NCBI GenBank assembly: GCA_963422365.1
Contig: OY729426.1
Coordinates: 1,440,001-1,504,000 of the forward strand
DNA from: Nitrospirales bacterium
GTDB taxonomy: Bacteria; Nitrospirota; Nitrospiria; Nitrospirales; UBA8639
DNA length: 64,000 nucleotides
Direction of reading: 5' to 3'
Position 1 is the first letter of the stretch. Each line of letters opens with the position of its first letter. Shown one piece after another: positions 60,099-64,000 of this stretch. The notes under the pieces were generated by a model. That model did not search any database and was not told the origin of the DNA. It saw only the letters and a list, made by a program, of their open reading frames with translations. Made by a program: the position numbers and the translations under genes.

Positions 60099-62333
60099 TT
60101 ACCCCAATCTGTCTAAGATGGTATTAAAGGTGGCGCTCGGACGCATGGCCCCTTTGATCTTTGCCGGATCAGGGTGATAATACCCGCCGATATCCATCGG
60201 CTTGCCCTTCGCGGTTTTCAGTTCTTCGAGTATCTTCTCGATGTTGGCTTCAAGTTCTTTCGCAACAGGGGAAAACTTTTTCTGTAACGCTGGATCGTCA
60301 TTTTGCGCGGCGAGTTCCTGTGCCCAATACATGGCTTCATACACATGGCTTCCGAGGTTATCCAATTCCCCGAGCACCCGACCTGGGGCCTTGCGGTTTT
60401 CCATGAGTCTGCCCGTGGCCCGGTCCAAGGTATTCGCAAGGACTCGCGCCTTTTTATTGTCACGGGTTCGGCTTAAATGAGCAAAGGATTCTGACAATGC
60501 GAGAAATTCGCCCAGAGAATCCCATCGTAAATGCCCTTCTTTGAGAAACTGCTGCACATGTTTTGGAGCTGATCCGCCGGCTCCTGTTTCAAATAAGCCA
60601 CCACCATTGATGAGTGGAACAATGGAGAGCATCTTGGCGCTGGTCCCCAGTTCCAGAATCGGAAACAGGTCGGTGAGATAATCCCGAAGCACATTCCCTG
60701 TAGCGGCAATGGTGTCTTGCCCGTCTTTGGCTCGTTTGAGCGAATGCTTCATGGCATCCACCGGTGCCATAATCTTGATGTCCAGGCCTGTTGTCTCATG
60801 ATCCTGTAAATAGCGATTGACTTTTTCGATGAGTTGTGAGTCGTGTGCCCTGTCCTTGTTCAACCAGAACACCACAGGCGTTGAGGACGCTTTGGCGCGA
60901 TTCACGGCCAATTTCACCCAGTCTTGAATGGGAATATCCTTGACCGTGCATCCGCGGAAGATGTCACTTTTTTCCACATTCTGTTCATGCAGGATATTCC
61001 CTGCTCCGTCAATCATGCGGATGGTTCCACTTCCAGGCGCTTCAAAGGTCTTGTCGTGCGATCCGTATTCTTCGGCTTTTTGTGCCATGAGGCCTACGTT
61101 GGGCACACTGCCCATGGTTGCCGGATTAAATGCCCCGTTCTCTCGGCAGAAATCGACGACGGCCTGATAAATGCCCGCATAACTGCGATCCGGGATCATG
61201 GCCTTCATATCATGTTCCCTGCCGTCCTGTCCCCACATTTTCCCCCCGACGCGCAGAGCGGCTGCCATCGACGCATCAATGATGATATCACTCGGCACGT
61301 GAAGGTTCGTGATGCCTCTATCGGAGTCCACCATGGCGAGATCCGGGCCATGGTGCATGGCTGCCTCAAGGTCGGCTTTGATTTCCTCTTGCTGCGTGGC
61401 CGGCAATTGGCCGATTTTGTCATACACGTCGCCCAACCCGTTATTGGGGTTGACGCCGAGTTCGGCAAACACCGTTGCATGTTTCTGAAAGACGTCTTCA
61501 AAATAGACGGACACGCAATGACCGAAAATAATAGGATCCGAAACCTTCATCATGGTGGCCTTCATGTGCAGCGATAATAAAATGCCACTCTGTTTGGCGT
61601 CTTCGATTTGCTCTTTGAAAAATTGACGTAAGGCACCGGCGCTCATCTTCGTGGTATCGACCACGTCGCCGTTGTCGAGAGTCAGGTTATCTTTCAACAC
61701 GGTTAGGCTGCCGTTTTCGCCGACAAATTCGATACGGCCCTTTCCCGCCGTTTGCGCGGTAATCGTTGCCGATTTTTCATTGGCAAAGAAGTCTCCATCT
61801 GTCATATGGGCGACATGCGTGGTTGAATCTTTGGCCCAGGCACCCATTCTGTGCGGATTGTTTTGGGCGTATTGTTTAACGGAGGCAGACGCCCGACGAT
61901 CGGAATTGCCTTGCCGCAACACGGGGTTGACCGCACTGCCCTTTACCTTGTCAAATTTCGCTTTCGTGTTCTTTTCTTCATCAGTCTTGGGGTCTTCCGG
62001 ATAGTCGGGAATGGCATACCCCTGGGATTGCAATTCGGAAACGGCGGCTTTGATTTGAGGAATCGATGCGCTAATATTAGGGAGTTTGATGACGTTGGCC
62101 TCCGGCGTTTCAACCATTTCGCCCAGAGCGGCGAGGTCATCGGGCTGTTGTTGTTCCGGCCTCAAGATGTCGGGAAATTGCGCAATGATTCGGCCAGCCA
62201 GCGAAATATCTTTCCTGCCGACGTTCACTCCTGCGGTTTTGGCAAAGGCGTGGATGATCGGGAGAGACGATCCACTCGCCAGTTCTGGAGCTTCGTCGAC
62301 TTTTGTATAAATAATATCCGGTTCTGCTGACAT
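60099..62333 (-). CDS. icd: Monomeric NADP-dependent isocitrate dehydrogenase
   Basis: [57 protein letters not shown] and LRWDSLGEF; about 744 aa. Confidence 0.95.
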   Translation of the reverse strand: MSAEPDIIYTKVDEAPELASGSSLPIIHAFAKTAGVNVGRKDISLAGRIIAQFPDILRPEQQQPDDLAALGEMVETPEANVIKLPNISASIPQIKAAVSELQSQGYAIPDYPEDPKTDEEKNTKAKFDKVKGSAVNPVLRQGNSDRRASASVKQYAQNNPHRMGAWAKDSTTHVAHMTDGDFFANEKSATITAQTAGKGRIEFVGENGSLTVLKDNLTLDNGDVVDTTKMSAGALRQFFKEQIEDAKQSGILLSLHMKATMMKVSDPIIFGHCVSVYFEDVFQKHATVFAELGVNPNNGLGDVYDKIGQLPATQQEEIKADLEAAMHHGPDLAMVDSDRGITNLHVPSDIIIDASMAAALRVGGKMWGQDGREHDMKAMIPDRSYAGIYQAVVDFCRENGAFNPATMGSVPNVGLMAQKAEEYGSHDKTFEAPGSGTIRMIDGAGNILHEQNVEKSDIFRGCTVKDIPIQDWVKLAVNRAKASSTPVVFWLNKDRAHDSQLIEKVNRYLQDHETTGLDIKIMAPVDAMKHSLKRAKDGQDTIAATGNVLRDYLTDLFPILELGTSAKMLSIVPLINGGGLFETGAGGSAPKHVQQFLKEGHLRWDSLGEFLALSESFAHLSRTRDNKKARVLANTLDRATGRLMENRKAPGRVLGELDNLGSHVYEAMYWAQELAAQNDDPALQKKFSPVAKELEANIEKILEELKTAKGKPMDIGGYYHPDPAKIKGAMRPSATFNTILDRLG

Positions 62334-62747
62334 GGTTCCTTCCTCCATTCAAGATTGTGTAAGAGCAGACCAAAAAGGCTGGAATACTATTCCAGATACC
62401 CGACAAACAATTTTAGAGAGAACCGGCATTCGATGCAATCAACCGAAAGCCCCAGATCCTACCCAACGAAAGGACCAGAATGGAATAGGTCAAGTAGGGA
62501 GACCTGACATGCTTCTTCTGTCATCCCGGATATTTTCAATTGAGGCATGGATCCCCTCTCCGCTTAAGAATATCGGAGACAAGGATAAAAACCGCGAGGA
62601 TGACAGAGAGAGGTCCTACGGGCATGACACAGGGGGGCAAGGCCTGTCTTCTCCCTTTTTTGTAGCTCTGCACCATCTCATGGTGCGTCTTCTGGGCCGC
62701 ATAAGATGCGGCCCTACGCCTACACATGCAATGGCCGAAATCGCACG

Positions 62748-64000
62748 ATGATCGCTATTCAGAACGTCAGCCATCCCCGGGGTTTTGCGCTTGTGGCCGT
62801 CATGTTGTTGGTTGCGGTCGTGAGTCTTGTGACAGCGACGGTTCTACAGACGACCTCGACGGAAATCCAAATCAGCGGAAACCACAAGCAGGCGGTTCAG
62901 GAGTTTTATGCTGCCGAGGCTGGATTGGCTGAAGCACGCGCGCGTTTGCGCAAGACGATGGGGGCCGAGGCGTATTTCATCGGGGACACGGGTGTGTGGC
63001 ACGATCCTTTGTGGACTGCCTACATTGTGGAATCCGCAGATTGGTCTCCGTCCGTTGATCCCGAGTATTCCACGCACGAGACCAATGTGATGCCTGTCCA
63101 AGGCCATCCAACCAATACGGTTGTTCAACCGAACAGCTTGCAGACGGGCCTGCCGTACTGGGTGAAGATTCGGCATAAGACTGAATACGATGCCGAGCGA
63201 GACGGGCATCGTACGGCCACGCCTCATTATGTTGATCTTGACGGCAGCAGCTCTCGCCATAGCCAGGGCAATCGGGGCAACATTGTCTACTTTGGATATC
63301 CCTCACCGGCAGGTAGCGTTCCGGTATCCTTCACGACCAATACGGCCACACCATGGTTGCCTGTCGAGAAGATCGTCGCCCATGGAGCCGTCGCGAGCGG
63401 TAGTGTGGTTCTGGAGGAAGAAGTGTTTCACCATCCGGGCCCGAACCAGCTTGGGGCTCTCTATGCATCTGGAACCGTGAGCCTCACGGGCTCGTCAGGC
63501 GTGATCAATGGTCATGACGCCTGTGGAGTGGTCAGCAGTCTGCCACCGGTGATGTATAGAGGAGCCTTCACGAGTGCCTCGACCATTCAATTCGAAGGAA
63601 ACCCTGCGAGTCCCCATCTCAGTTCCCACGTGCTGAGTCTTGAGGAGGCCCTCGTCGCGCTCAATGCGGAAGCGGTGGTATTGAATGGGGATCAAACCAA
63701 TCAGCACTTGGGTACGGCTCAGGTGCCAATGATTTTTCTTGCGAAAAGCGAGTCATTTGTTCAACCGCAAGGAATCCGAATTCGGCACACGAGAGGATCC
63801 GGCATTCTTCTGGTGGATGGGAACGCGATTTTGGAAGGCGAGGTCCGATGGGATGGAATGATCCTTGTGACCGGCACCTTGTTTCTCCGCGGTCAGGGAA
63901 GTGGTATTGTGGTTCGCGGGGGAATCTGGGCCAGCCAGATCGACCAGCAGACAGGACCATTAACCGTCCAGTACGATAGTTGTCTTCTCCAGGCCGCGCT
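62748..64000 (+). CDS. PilX N-terminal-domain pilus assembly protein (runs off the window edge)
   Basis: Manual translation gives MIAIQNVSHPRG|FALVAVMLLVAVVSLV...TEIQISGNHKQAVQEFYAAEAGLAEARARL. Absent from the ORF track, consistent with no stop before the edge. Confidence 0.85.
   Translation, partial: MIAIQNVSHPRGFALVAVMLLVAVVSLVTATVLQTTSTEIQISGNHKQAVQEFYAAEAGLAEARARLRKTMGAEAYFIGDTGVWHDPLWTAYIVESADWSPSVDPEYSTHETNVMPVQGHPTNTVVQPNSLQTGLPYWVKIRHKTEYDAERDGHRTATPHYVDLDGSSSRHSQGNRGNIVYFGYPSPAGSVPVSFTTNTATPWLPVEKIVAHGAVASGSVVLEEEVFHHPGPNQLGALYASGTVSLTGSSGVINGHDACGVVSSLPPVMYRGAFTSASTIQFEGNPASPHLSSHVLSLEEALVALNAEAVVLNGDQTNQHLGTAQVPMIFLAKSESFVQPQGIRIRHTRGSGILLVDGNAILEGEVRWDGMILVTGTLFLRGQGSGIVVRGGIWASQIDQQTGPLTVQYDSCLLQAA

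Noticed and set aside
1..64000. CRISPR array, rRNA, integrase or transposase
   Set aside because: No regularly spaced direct repeats, rRNA-like sequence or recombinase/transposase motifs were seen.

Overview
A 64-kb bacterial chromosomal window, most likely Nitrospirota/Nitrospirales (inferred from the five-subunit 2-oxoacid:ferredoxin oxidoreductase operon and the gene styles). Conserved housekeeping blocks are dnaE (partial), nadK, clpC-tsaD-hflX-nth-yicC-gmk-rpoZ-coaBC, tRNA-Ser/tadA, thrH, cutA, the OFOR operon, surE-cysS-rlmB, the pilD/minor-pilin genes and a monomeric icd. Three accessory regions alternate with them. (1) A decayed islet at the 3' end of tRNA-Ser (about 14.9-18.8 kb) holds toxin-antitoxin and polysaccharide-gene relics plus one intact high-GC GT2. 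(2) A ~9.5-kb all-minus-strand defence island (26.5-35.9 kb) holds a Menshen-like DUF262/ATPase/effector triplet, a Phd/VapC pair, and a type III R-M system with an uncharacterised two-gene cassette between mod and res. (3) A radical-SAM cluster (36.4-43.8 kb) holds two B12-binding radical SAM paralogs, a radical SAM with an Mmp10/DUF512-like layout, an atypical J-domain protein and PhzF. All five recognisable toxin or effector genes are broken, while the two full-length cognate antitoxins are intact. The best candidates for undescribed systems are the cassette inside the type III R-M operon and the triple radical-SAM cluster. All family calls are from motif recognition by eye; no database searches were run.
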